Assembly: GCA_032718475.1 (NCBI GenBank)
Contig: JAUCBJ010006520.1
Coordinates: 1-64,000 of the forward strand
DNA length: 64,000 bases
Direction of reading: 5' to 3'
Origin: Nemertoderma westbladi
Lineage: Eukaryota > Animalia > Xenacoelomorpha
This document shows, in pieces, positions 36,408 through 46,749 of the stretch; the first letter of the stretch is position 1, and each line of letters starts with the position of its first letter. The translations under genes and the position numbers were made by a program. The notes below the pieces were generated by a model. It saw only the letters and a list, made by a program, of their open reading frames with translations, was not told the origin of the DNA and did no database searches.

Positions 36408-37896
36408 AATGAATAACAGCTCAGCCGCCGTGTGATTGTGCTTTACTAATACTGCACGAATATGATATAACAATAACATGGAGGCATCCTAACATCCAGG
36501 CCTATATCAGACCTTGGCATCGGCGCGACAATATATATACTATATCAATGAGTAGATAGATACTAGACAATATTCAAAATGCGCCAATAATTATTCAACT
36601 GTGAGGTCTGATAAATAATGTGAACGGATACACTAAGTTAGTAAAAGTACAACCACCCATTTAATTTATTTTTTTTTTTTCTACGGATATAAATACTTAA
36701 ACATCGGGTATCTCATAAAAAAAGCAGTTCGAACGTACGGTATCCCACATTCTAGAATTTATTAATACACCTTCACCAACTGGGCTCCTTCGCTCGCCTG
36801 CTAAAATTGATAAAATTTGAGTCAAATTTGTAGATGTAATTTATTATTTATGTTACATTTTACTCAACTACTGTAACTTATAATTTAGTTATACATTTAC
36901 TGCAGTAACTGTATGGCTACGTGGCAGCGTTCTCTCAATATTAACTGAGTTGTTGTATTAACATGTATTACTGGAACGTCTACATCAAGTAGGCGTATTC
37001 TGGAAACACCATATTAATTTCACTTCGCCCCTTCACCAAAACCGTTTGTTTAGCAGAGTCGCCCGCGGGCGAAGATTGCCCGAGGGCGACGATGGCCAGC
37101 GGGAGTAGGTGACCCTCGGGTGGAATCTTTATGCTTGATGATAATGACCCATCTCGATTAATATAAATAATGGTTCAAAATTAACTATAAGTAATTCGTA
37201 TTAATTCTAATTTATTTAAAAATATGTTGGCTATAAGTTATAAATTAATAAAACATAAATAAGCAGAATAAACTGTAATATTCGGTGGTACGGAAACCAG
37301 TTAGTTACATTACTGTGTGTAAAGTTACAGTTACTGTTACAGAACGGCGTGTGGAGAGGTGTAAAAAGTAAGTGAGCGAGTGATGTAATGTGTAAGTGTA
37401 CACACAATAAAGTCAGTGAATGTAATTTAATTATATAATTGAAAAAAAAACTACTTCATAACGAAAAACATTCACGTTTTAAAAACTGCCGCATTTTAGT
37501 AAAAAAAATAAGATAAAAACCACAATTTAAAAAAGAAATCATAACAGCGTTCCTTTACATCCTGTTGTCTGATTCATCATGTCGGACTATTAATTTGTTA
37601 AAACCGCCCGAGTAGAGTAATTTGGGATAAAGTTAATTTCATACATATTTTTATGCCTTACTATAACGTGTGAGAATATTAAACTATGGAAGATATAAAA
37701 TACTACCTGGTGAAAAATTACAAAAAACTTATCCCGACTGGTGGTAATTGAGGTAATTCGCTTCGTTTGAAATAGTTTTATATTTATGATTTTTGACCAG
37801 CAGTTAGCATTTTGACAGCGTTTCGAGCACCCAACTCAGTATGGCACGAATACGAGAACCAATAAATATGGCACTGGTAGTGGCGCCAACCACATG

Positions 37897-39609
37897 TTAC
37901 CGACGGGATATGGCGTTCCGAATCAAATCAATATTGCGCCATGCCAAGAGCACTGCCGTGAACGCCACAAACATTATCAGCATTCGCGTTTTATTCTTAA
38001 ACAGCGGGCTGAGTACGAGATAAATAACGAAGACCATAGTAACTAACATGTCGATAATCTTCATAATAACTCTTTTAGCGTCCACGTTGTCCAGGTCCAC
38101 TCCCTCCATGCTCATACGCCCTTGTTGCTGTTGTTGGTTCTCCAAAAGATTCAACCTATGGTCTAATTTGTCTGTCATATCCGATATCTCCCGGGTTTTT
38201 TCCTCTGACATGTATTCTATTTTATCCTGAAGGTCATTCAGATTCGTGTTTATGTTGCTCATCGCACTCTGCTGCAGGTCTGTCAGGTCGTTTAGTTGTT
38301 CCTCTATTCTGTTTACCCTGTTGTCTTCTTCGTCACGCCGCTGGTTTATGACTAGAACGTTTTCTTGGAGTTTATTTTTGACTTCCTCGTAGAATTGCTT
38401 TATCTCATCGTGAGAGGCTTGAAAGTCTTGTAGACGTTGGAATATTTGTGCGGCTTCGATGGTGCTTAAACTCGAGTTACCCAGTGGCTGGTCCACCGAG
38501 CTCGAGGTCATCACGTCAGACACGTCGTCGTAACGATCTTGTGGCTCGTAACTTGGCACCCCAAGTTGGTTGTCAGTGGTCGAGGCGGAATCTAGATCCT
38601 CGTTGGTTCCCGAACTCAGGATGTTCTCGGAACTTCCGAACCTGTTCTTGATCTTGTGCGAGAGTTCCCTAGGGAATGAGCCCGCAGCTGAGAGTCCGCC
38701 CTTCACGCTGTCCACGACGCCACCGGATACGGTGGACAACCCGCCCTTTATATTGCGTCCGACGTCTTTAAATCCCCGACTAACATCAGACAGCACCTCC
38801 CTCGGCTGTCTGTGTCCACCAGCCTGACCAGCGGTACCTACACTCAGTACGCCACTGCTCCCCCCACCCACTGAACAGCTTAGTCCTAGCTGTGCACCAC
38901 ACGAAGACATATCTTTCTGCTGTTGCGACTCTAAATCACTCAACTGTCCTGTGTATTCTTCGAGCTTCTCTTGAAGATTCTGTATATTCCGTCCAACCTT
39001 CTGATGTCTCTTCTCGAATGACGCCTTCGCCATGGCGAAGTTCTGGTTGTGCTCCAATTTGCTCCCCATTTTAAAGTATTGCTGGCGAATATCATCCCTT
39101 TTCGCGATCTCGACTCGAAGTCTCTCTTTAGTTTTTGTTACTTTCTGTCTCAAAGTTTCAATTTTTCGCAGACTAGAGTTTAACTGGTGTCCGGAATCTA
39201 TTTCGTCGGGACACGAGGAGTTGGAGGGACGATATTCTAGTAGAATCGGAGCCTCGTTTGCGCCGACGTTGCTACATGTTGAGCTGTCGTGGTTGCTACT
39301 GAACGGACTATCGATCTGTATCTCTACAGGCAACGGTTCTGATTCCAGCAGTTCACCGGAGGAGGAATGAGTGGATGTGTTATCGAGTTCACTTCTCGTC
39401 GACTGATAGAGGCTAGGGGAAGCATCGTGAGGGAGGCTGCTCCGTTTAGGCAGCTCCTCCGTCCAAGCTGTGTTATTGCCGCGTCGTGGGACGGGACTTT
39501 TAGATCGTTTCGTCCAACTTCCCATATTCGGAAAAATGTTCGATTTGTTCGGCACCGGCTCATCATCGGATCGTTCCATTTTCGCAGTTGACTTTGTCAC
39601 ACACAGCAT
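37897..39609 (-). CDS. TMCC: Transmembrane and coiled-coil domain protein (TMCC/TEX28 family, Dementin-like); single exon, 570 aa
   Basis: Coiled coil LRQKVTKTKERLRVE…RDDIRQQYFK…KASFEKRHQK…LQEKLEEY; motifs PREVLSDV and PRELSHKIKNRFGSSENI; second coil RIEEQLNDLTDLQQ…KIEYMSEEKTREI…RLNLLE; two C-terminal hydrophobic helices. The start could be the second Met (MERS…). Confidence 0.93.
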   Translation of the reverse strand: MLCVTKSTAKMERSDDEPVPNKSNIFPNMGSWTKRSKSPVPRRGNNTAWTEELPKRSSLPHDASPSLYQSTRSELDNTSTHSSSGELLESEPLPVEIQIDSPFSSNHDSSTCSNVGANEAPILLEYRPSNSSCPDEIDSGHQLNSSLRKIETLRQKVTKTKERLRVEIAKRDDIRQQYFKMGSKLEHNQNFAMAKASFEKRHQKVGRNIQNLQEKLEEYTGQLSDLESQQQKDMSSCGAQLGLSCSVGGGSSGVLSVGTAGQAGGHRQPREVLSDVSRGFKDVGRNIKGGLSTVSGGVVDSVKGGLSAAGSFPRELSHKIKNRFGSSENILSSGTNEDLDSASTTDNQLGVPSYEPQDRYDDVSDVMTSSSVDQPLGNSSLSTIEAAQIFQRLQDFQASHDEIKQFYEEVKNKLQENVLVINQRRDEEDNRVNRIEEQLNDLTDLQQSAMSNINTNLNDLQDKIEYMSEEKTREISDMTDKLDHRLNLLENQQQQQGRMSMEGVDLDNVDAKRVIMKIIDMLVTMVFVIYLVLSPLFKNKTRMLIMFVAFTAVLLAWRNIDLIRNAISRR

Positions 39610-39896
39610 TAGACCAAGGCCTGTAAGTGCTGTATGCTATAAGGGGAGGGTATGTACGCCATCGCCATATGTGTTCGGGTGTAGGTCTCTCGTTCGTGTA
39701 GACAGTCTGACGCCTGACTGCCTGAGGGTACCCAACTACCAAATGCAAAATGCTTTGTATTACATACCGTACCTAGCCTAACCGTTTACTGCTGTACGTA
39801 CGTTTACACTACTTCGTGCTATTTAATTAAGACAAATAATTATGCAATCTGATTCGGTTTATGTACGGCCAACAAAAACAACAACGACTTCATTAA

Positions 39897-41243
39897 CACT
39901 TTGACTGTCTTTGACGCACCGGTGCGTCAAATGGTAGACAATAGATTGTGTCATGATGACGCATATACCCGTCATTGATTCAAACTGTGATGCATAGGAA
40001 ATGGTAGGTGATTTGTTAAAATTTCATGTGCCACCTTGTGAACAGATCCCAAACTCATTTTTTGACATCATCCATGACGCATATATGCGTCATATGACCA
40101 CTGCACAATGTCTTAAAAAATATAAAAAATATACCGAGATTCAGGATTTGGAGGCAACTAGATAGCTTTGTAATTGTGCGAGAAAATGAAATCTATAATA
40201 AAGTTTTGGTGAGTGTGAAACAGAAAACACCAGGCACAACCCAAAGGCTCTTTTCTCTTGGCTATTACATGTAAAACAGGGATGTCGCCACACTAACTCA
40301 CAAGGGAGTTCACTCCAAAACTACCCAATACTTTTTTACTCCCCACATAGAAGCCTGGTTTCCATTTTACCTCTGGCATTGCACAGACACACTAACCTTG
40401 CCTCCACCCAGCACGACCCTGCAGACACACCAACCTTGCCTCCACCCAGCACCACCCTGCAGACACACAAACCTCGCCTCAACCCAGCACCACCCTGCAG
40501 ACACACCAACCTTGCCGCCACCCAGCACCACCCTGCAGACACACCAACCATGCCTCCACCCAGCACCACCCTGCAGTCACACCAACCTTGCCTCCACCCA
40601 GCACCACCCTGCAGACACACCAACCTTGCCTCCAACCAGCACCACCCTGCAGACACACCAACCTCGCGTCCACCCAGCACCACCCTGCTGACACACCAAC
40701 CATTCCTCCACCCAGCACCACCCTGCAGACACACCAACCTTGCCTCGACCCAGCACCACCCTGCAGACAGATCAACCTTGCCTCCACTCAGCACTACCAT
40801 GCAGACACACCAACCTTGCCTCCACCCAGCACCACCCTGCAGACACACCAACCTCGCCTCCATCCAGCACCACCCGGCAGACACACCAACCTTACCTCCA
40901 CACAGCACCACCCTGCAGACACACCAACCTTGCCTCCACCCTGCAGACACACCAGACACCCTGCAATGTGGAATTTCTACAGCCTTTACTCGAATTTAAT
41001 CCTGCACTACTGGAATGCACCAATTGGAATGGCGCATATTTGCGTCACTGAACTCATTTTGGTAAACTGCCATTTGTAGGTTGTCAGTGACGCATATATG
41101 CGTCACGATTGAATTTTTTTTACACATAAACATCAAAGTAAAAAATAAACATCGCACTCAAAGTGACTGAAATCCCCATAATTTATAAATATTAGCGGGA
41201 CAATTTTGGAGATTCCATACATATAAAGTTTTCAGTCAAAGTG
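39897..41243 (-). mobile_element. Non-autonomous piggyBac element with TTAA TSD
   Basis: TTAA|CACTTTGACTG … CAGTCAAAGTG|TTAA. Subterminal palindromes TGACGCATATATGCGTCA. Minus-strand relic CNARGKMETRLLCGE resembles the piggyBac C-terminal Cys-rich domain. Confidence 0.85.
40381..40952. repeat. 38-bp GC-rich tandem repeat (GCAGACACACCAACCTTGCCTCCACCCAGCACCACCCT), ~15 copies, inside the piggyBac
   Basis: Directly visible; accounts for the overlapping ORFs at 40336-41079. Confidence 0.95.
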
Positions 41244-41683
41244 TTAATAATAATTTCAGCTAAATACTGACGACTCAGTATTAATAACTTGATCCCATAA
41301 TATACTGTATGACTTTATCTAAAGCAAGCAACTGGATACTTCTCACTCACAATGCACAAGGTACAGAGGTAATAATGACGTCGTGTTTGTCATTGTTTCC
41401 TTATATGGAGCTGATAAAATATCTTGTGTGTTCAGTTCAACCCAAATATTATTATGGTTACGGTATGTCCCCTTGACGCCCGAAAGAGAGAGACAAGTTT
41501 CTTTGTACAATCTAAGTCATCATGTCTTTAAGGGTGCGACCCATGTACTGTAAGTTACATAATAACAATAACACATGAAACGATACAAAATATATTACAT
41601 ATATTTGTTTACTGAAGTCTGAAGATCATTTTGTTTGATCTCAAATATTATCGATAGTATTATTATCATTGTCTTCCCATTAG

Positions 41684-41853
41684 GTAACTGATGGCGTCAT
41701 GGTTGCTAGGGGCGACCTTGGTATAGAGATCCCAACTGAGAAGGTGTTTGTGGCCCAGAAGATGATGATTGGCCGCTGTAATCGTTTCGGAAAGCCGGTC
41801 ATTTGCGCCACACAGATGTTGGAATCCATGGTGGACAAGCCCCGCCCGACACG
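41684..41853 (+). CDS. PKM: Pyruvate kinase, internal exon (first one seen in the window)
   Basis: Acceptor cccattag|[59 protein letters not shown](R). Donor CG|gttagt. Confidence 0.95.
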
Positions 41854-42124
41854 GTTAGTCGATGTAATCGGCAACGACCCAAAACAGTTATTTTTTACCA
41901 ATTATTATTTACCAACGTTAAAAAGAGCCACATCGTGGAAAATTAGTTGCCAATGAATTTCACTAAACAAAACATTGTGTTTTATAATGCTCGGGTTCTC
42001 TTTACTGTCAAGTAAAGTAAATTATTTTACAATTTTTTTCTCTGAATGAAATGTGACATACATTCGGTGACTTTGTATATTTATTTAACAGTAAGTAAAT
42101 AATTATAAATTGCCTCAATTTCAG

Positions 42125-42247
42125 TGCTGAAGGGAGTGACGTTGCTAACGCTGTTATTGATGGGGCCGACTGCGTCATGTTGTCAGGGGAGACGGCAAAA
42201 GGGAAATATCCCGTGGAGTCTGTACGGACAATGCAGTCAATAGCGAG
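42125..42247 (+). CDS. PKM: Pyruvate kinase exon
   Basis: Acceptor tttcag|T completes the CGT Arg codon. [40 protein letters not shown](R). Donor AG|gttggt. Confidence 0.95.
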
Positions 42248-43058
42248 GTTGGTACTTGGTACACCAATGGGGGCGAGATTGGTACTTGGTACACCAATGG
42301 GTGCTAGGTTGGTACTTGGTACACCAATGGGTGCTAGGTTGGTACTTGGTACACCAATGGGTGCTAGGTTGGTACTTGGTACACCAATGGGGGCGAGGTT
42401 GGCACTTGGTACACCAATGGGTGCTAGGTTGGTACTTGGTACACCAATGGGGGCTAGGTTGGTACTTGGTATACACCAATGGGTGCGAGGTTGGCACTTG
42501 GTACACCAATGGGTGCGAGGTTGGTACTTGGTACACCAATGGGGGCGAGGTTGGCATTTGGTACGCCAATGGGTGCGAGGTTGGCACTTGGTTCACCAAT
42601 GGGTGCGAGGTTGGCGCTTGGTGCACCAATGGGTGCTAGGTTGGTACTTGGTACACCAATGGGTGCTAGGTTGGTACTTGGTACACCAATGGGGGCGAGG
42701 TTAGCACTTGGTACACCAATGGGTGCTAGGTTGGTACTTGGTACACCAATGGGTGCTAGGTTGGTACTTGGTACACCAATGGGTGCTAGGTTGGTACTTG
42801 GTACACCAATGGGGGCGAGGTTGGCACTTGGTACACCAATGGGTGCTAGGTTGGTACTTGGTACACCAATGGGGGCTAGGTTGGTACTTGGTATACACCA
42901 ATGGGTGCGAGGTTGGTACTTGGTACACCAATGGGGGCGAGGTTGGCATTTGGTACACCAATGGGTGCGAGGTTGGCACTTGGTTCACCAATGGGTGCGA
43001 GGTTGGCGCTTGGTGCACCAATGGGTGCTAGGTTGGTACTTGTTACACAAATGGATGC
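42243..43058. repeat. 30-bp tandem repeat (GC(G/T)AGGTTGGTACTTGGTACACCAATGG(G/T)), ~27 copies, beginning inside the PK exon
   Basis: Directly visible. Two 32-bp variant units 422 bp apart point to a block duplication. Confidence 0.97.
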
Positions 43059-43483
43059 TTTGAATGGGGGTGTGCTGTAATTTGAAAGCTTTAGGAATTT
43101 CCACCGGGTATTAACGGTCCAGTATGTTTCCTAATCTAGAGCTTTTGTAAACATCCTATAATGGTTCGCTTCATAAAGGTTTCGAAAACTGTTATGCTGT
43201 GGATATTGATTGAATTGAAAATAAGAAATATTATAAACACTCAAATCAATTTATTGAATAAATATGAAATTTAAACAAGACTTCGTATGAACAAGCTTTT
43301 GAAGAGAATATAATCGAACAAATAATTTTCTATTAAACTTTCCACAGATGGATTCTATCCCTCTTCTACCTGTAAATTCATCTTATTAGCTTTAAATTGA
43401 TTATAGTACTGTTCATCCATAACCAGCTGTTTAAGTAATTACGTATTTAATTATTATTGAATAAATATTGTTTGTGTGTTTAG

Positions 43484-43721
43484 GGAAGCGGAGTCGGTTC
43501 TTTACAACGACTCTATATTCGAGAACCTTAGGAAGGCGACTGCCATACCTACCGATCCCGCTCACACTATCGCTATTGCTGCCGTTGAGGCGAGCTACAA
43601 GTCCTGTGCCACTGCTATCGTCTGCTTAACAACCACTGGTAAATCAGCCCATCTCGTGTCCATGTACCGACCGGCCTGTCCAGTTCTGTCAGTCACTAGA
43701 GATCAACAGGTCGCACGGCAG
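43484..43721 (+). CDS. PKM: Pyruvate kinase exon
   Basis: Acceptor gtttag|G completes the AGG Arg codon. EAESVLYNDSIFENLRK…IAIAAVEASYKSCATAIVCLTTTGKSAHLVSMYRPACPVLSVTRDQQVARQ. Donor CAG|gtgagt. Confidence 0.95.
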
Positions 43722-45249
43722 GTGAGTCATTTTCCAGTAAATGTCATAAGTAAAGAAATGTACATTCAGTTTCATTAATGATTTAATGATACTGTAATAG
43801 GGCATATGGAAGCTATTACTTATAAAGCCCGTACACACTATAAGTAAAATTATTGGTAAATATGAAATAACAGTAACACTTTACTTATGCAAATCGAATA
43901 TGTATAAATTGTACTGTACAAATTATATATAAAATCAAAACTCTAAGCTAAATGCACCATCGTGTTGTAATTAAAAGGTGCGTACGAGGTAACGGACAAA
44001 TTAGTCCGGCAGCCACAATGGTCAATGGTATACCGAAAATTTTTGGACGGATTCAATTTTTTTGATGTTTTGAGTTCTATAGGTCCCACTTATTGAGGAA
44101 ATGGCGTTTTTAAAATTTTTGACTTTGGGCATTTTGAAATAACGACGTAGTTGCTAAGGACCACGTAATTCTCATTTAAAGCATAGCAACTCCAAAACAG
44201 CATGTCATAATGGATTGAAATCTTCTACAAAGTCAATATAGTTCATTTACGAAATAATGGCAATCTTTTTTGTCTGATGTTTAGATCCTGTTGCTATGGA
44301 GACGGCATTCAAGTTTAGTGTTTCGATTTCAAACACCTTTAATTATACAATTAGTTACAAAATATGCACCAAAGTTAGTTAAATTATGTTAATTTTATTA
44401 GCGTGGCCTTTCTGTAACTTTAGACAAGGTTTAAGAATCTAAATTGGGATGATATTTATGTCCTAACCTAACATGTTTGAGTGTTAACATAATTATTAAA
44501 TATTACAAATTTCAGCGATTATAACATTTAGGTGATGTTTCTACGGTAACTATATTTGTTATTTCCAGTTTAGCTCCTTTCTACTGTACTGTGCATCTTA
44601 TTTTATTGTACCCGTATTCATAAATCGATACCGTAAGGGATAGTACAAATAAAGTGCATAAGTACCTTAGCAAAGTAGATTAGAGTGGATTCTACTGTAC
44701 AGTATAGTATGTTCCTGCGTTACAACGTACGATATAATAATATTTATAATATACCAAATTTTGAGTTGGGTACAACAGTACTTTTTCTTGGGTGATCATT
44801 TCGATATGGAGAATTGGGTTTGGAATTCATGACTAATGATGATCATTAGTTATGATTATTAGTTATTGATCATTAGTTAGGCCTCCAGTTCCCAGGGTTT
44901 CCAGGTCTCTGTATTTAAATGTGACTTGTAGTTAACAGTTGATGATAGCTAATCGAATTAATTAGGAAGCCTAGCAATTACTGTAAAAAATTCTAAAATG
45001 ACTAGTTCGAACATTCATATGATATTCTGGGGGCCACCTGGAAAAAACAGTAACTATTGTATCTGGTAAAAAAAATAGCTTGTAAAATCTCAAAAATTGA
45101 TCATATTCAAAAGTCAATAGATAAAATGTGGTTAGCGGGCCGGTACTAGTTAACGGGTCGGGACTAGAGTCATCCGACTCCCTTACAGGTTGACAGGAGT
45201 TTACCTAGGTAATGACAAGCAAACTACTGTATAAACGAATTTAAGTTCC

Positions 45250-46404
45250 ATGAATTGTAAGAAATCCACGCATTCACTAGCTATGCTAATAACCAAACCA
45301 AACAGGAATATTGGACCTACCTTATCACATGTGGATGAAGCGGATCATTCTATACTGAGATTTACCAAAAAGAAAATGTCAAAAGAACTAGATTATGATA
45401 TAGATATCAAGAGTTATACCCGGTTTAATGCCTTGCCATTAAAAGTTATGGCGGGGTCTGCTATTGGTCTACATCGAGCTAAATGTATTGACCATGAGTT
45501 CCTCAAAGATGTCACTATGTAATTTGGTATTTTCCTGTTCAGTACGGTGGACTTACATTAAGGGGGATGCATACATTAATGAGTTTCATTGGATCCATAG
45601 GAAATTTAATGGTTGAAACCGGCCTCTCTGAAGTGTATTGTGTGTATTTTGGCGGTGTTTCGAAGATGTTATCTGGGAAAAAGTTTCCACAGAACATGCG
45701 CGCTATGCGCATTTTCGCAGATAAATATTCTGTATTTCTTCTATTATTACATTTTTATCTGAGGGAAAGTACAGGTATAACCAATTCAATTTTCATAAAG
45801 TCCCCATTAAAAAACCGTACCGCAGTAATAGACGTGGGAGAAGCAGTAAAAATGCATCGTGGCATCATAGGAAATATTTTGGGAGGCCATGCATTATCTG
45901 GTTGGGACACGGTTGCGACTATGTTTGGCATTGGCAAAGCGAAAGTCATCAAGGCTTTGGATAAAGGACTCACTCTTACTTGTTTGGGAGATATGGAAGC
46001 ACCGCAATCTACAGTCTTAATGGAATGTACTAACTTTATAACTGACTGGCGTGACTGCTATGGATATGACTCAGACAACATGACCCAGTCACGACAAAAG
46101 GTGTGCACAGAAAAAACAATTACCAGCTGTGAAAAGGGCCCATTTGAAAGTAATGGTGTGGAAGAACACAATGCAGAACACAGTTAGACCACCTAGTGTA
46201 GACCCCAGAAAATATGGGTGGAGAATAGCTAACAATCAACTTTCCCCGATTGTAATCCCTGAGGGCATACCACCAGCTCCGGAATGGATTTTGCAATTAA
46301 TTGGGTGTAACTGTTCATCCAAAATCCCATGTAAATCGCAGAAGTGCACCTGCAGAAACAACCAACCTGATTGCACAGCATTTTGCAACTGCAATAAAGA
46401 TTAA
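45250..46404 (+). pseudogene. Academ transposase relic (transposase + XPG-like nuclease + C-terminal Cys-rich CXC)
   Basis: GMHTLMSFIGSIGNLMVETGLSEV…MLSGKKFPQNMRAMR joined directly to VFLLLLHFY…HALSGWDTV..MFGIGKAK (XPG-type GCD motif, mutated). After a frameshift: KRAHLKVMVWK…DPRKYGW…PPAPEWILQLIGCNC….CKSQKCTC…CTAFCNC. Stops, frameshifts and a large apparent deletion. Confidence 0.8.
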
Positions 46405-46749
46405 TGCGCAAACTTTTCGTAATCTCAAATTGTATTATAATCAAACAATGAATAATATAAAATGCATAGTCTCCATATTCGCCATGCATTAAATAAATTT
46501 TGTATATTTAGCATTAAAAAAGTGTTATAAACAAGCTGGAGACAAATTATTTATATATACATTTTAAGGTAATAAATTTATGTCAAGGTTTTAAATGCTT
46601 CAGATGTTATGTCCGCAATAAATTACTGTGGTTTCCATGAATACGGGTATTTGTTGCTAACCATACTTGTACACAAAATTGATGTGGTGCATATTAATTA
46701 GGGAAACATATATTAATAAAGTGCACAAACGAAACAAAAAAACACATGA

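Noticed and set aside
40336-41079. Overlapping Pro/His/Cys-rich ORFs
   Set aside because: Translations of the 38-bp array inside a non-autonomous piggyBac.
42256-43063. Stand-alone repeat-protein ORFs
   Set aside because: Translations of the intronic 30-bp array; relevant only as possible donor-shift extensions of the PK exon.
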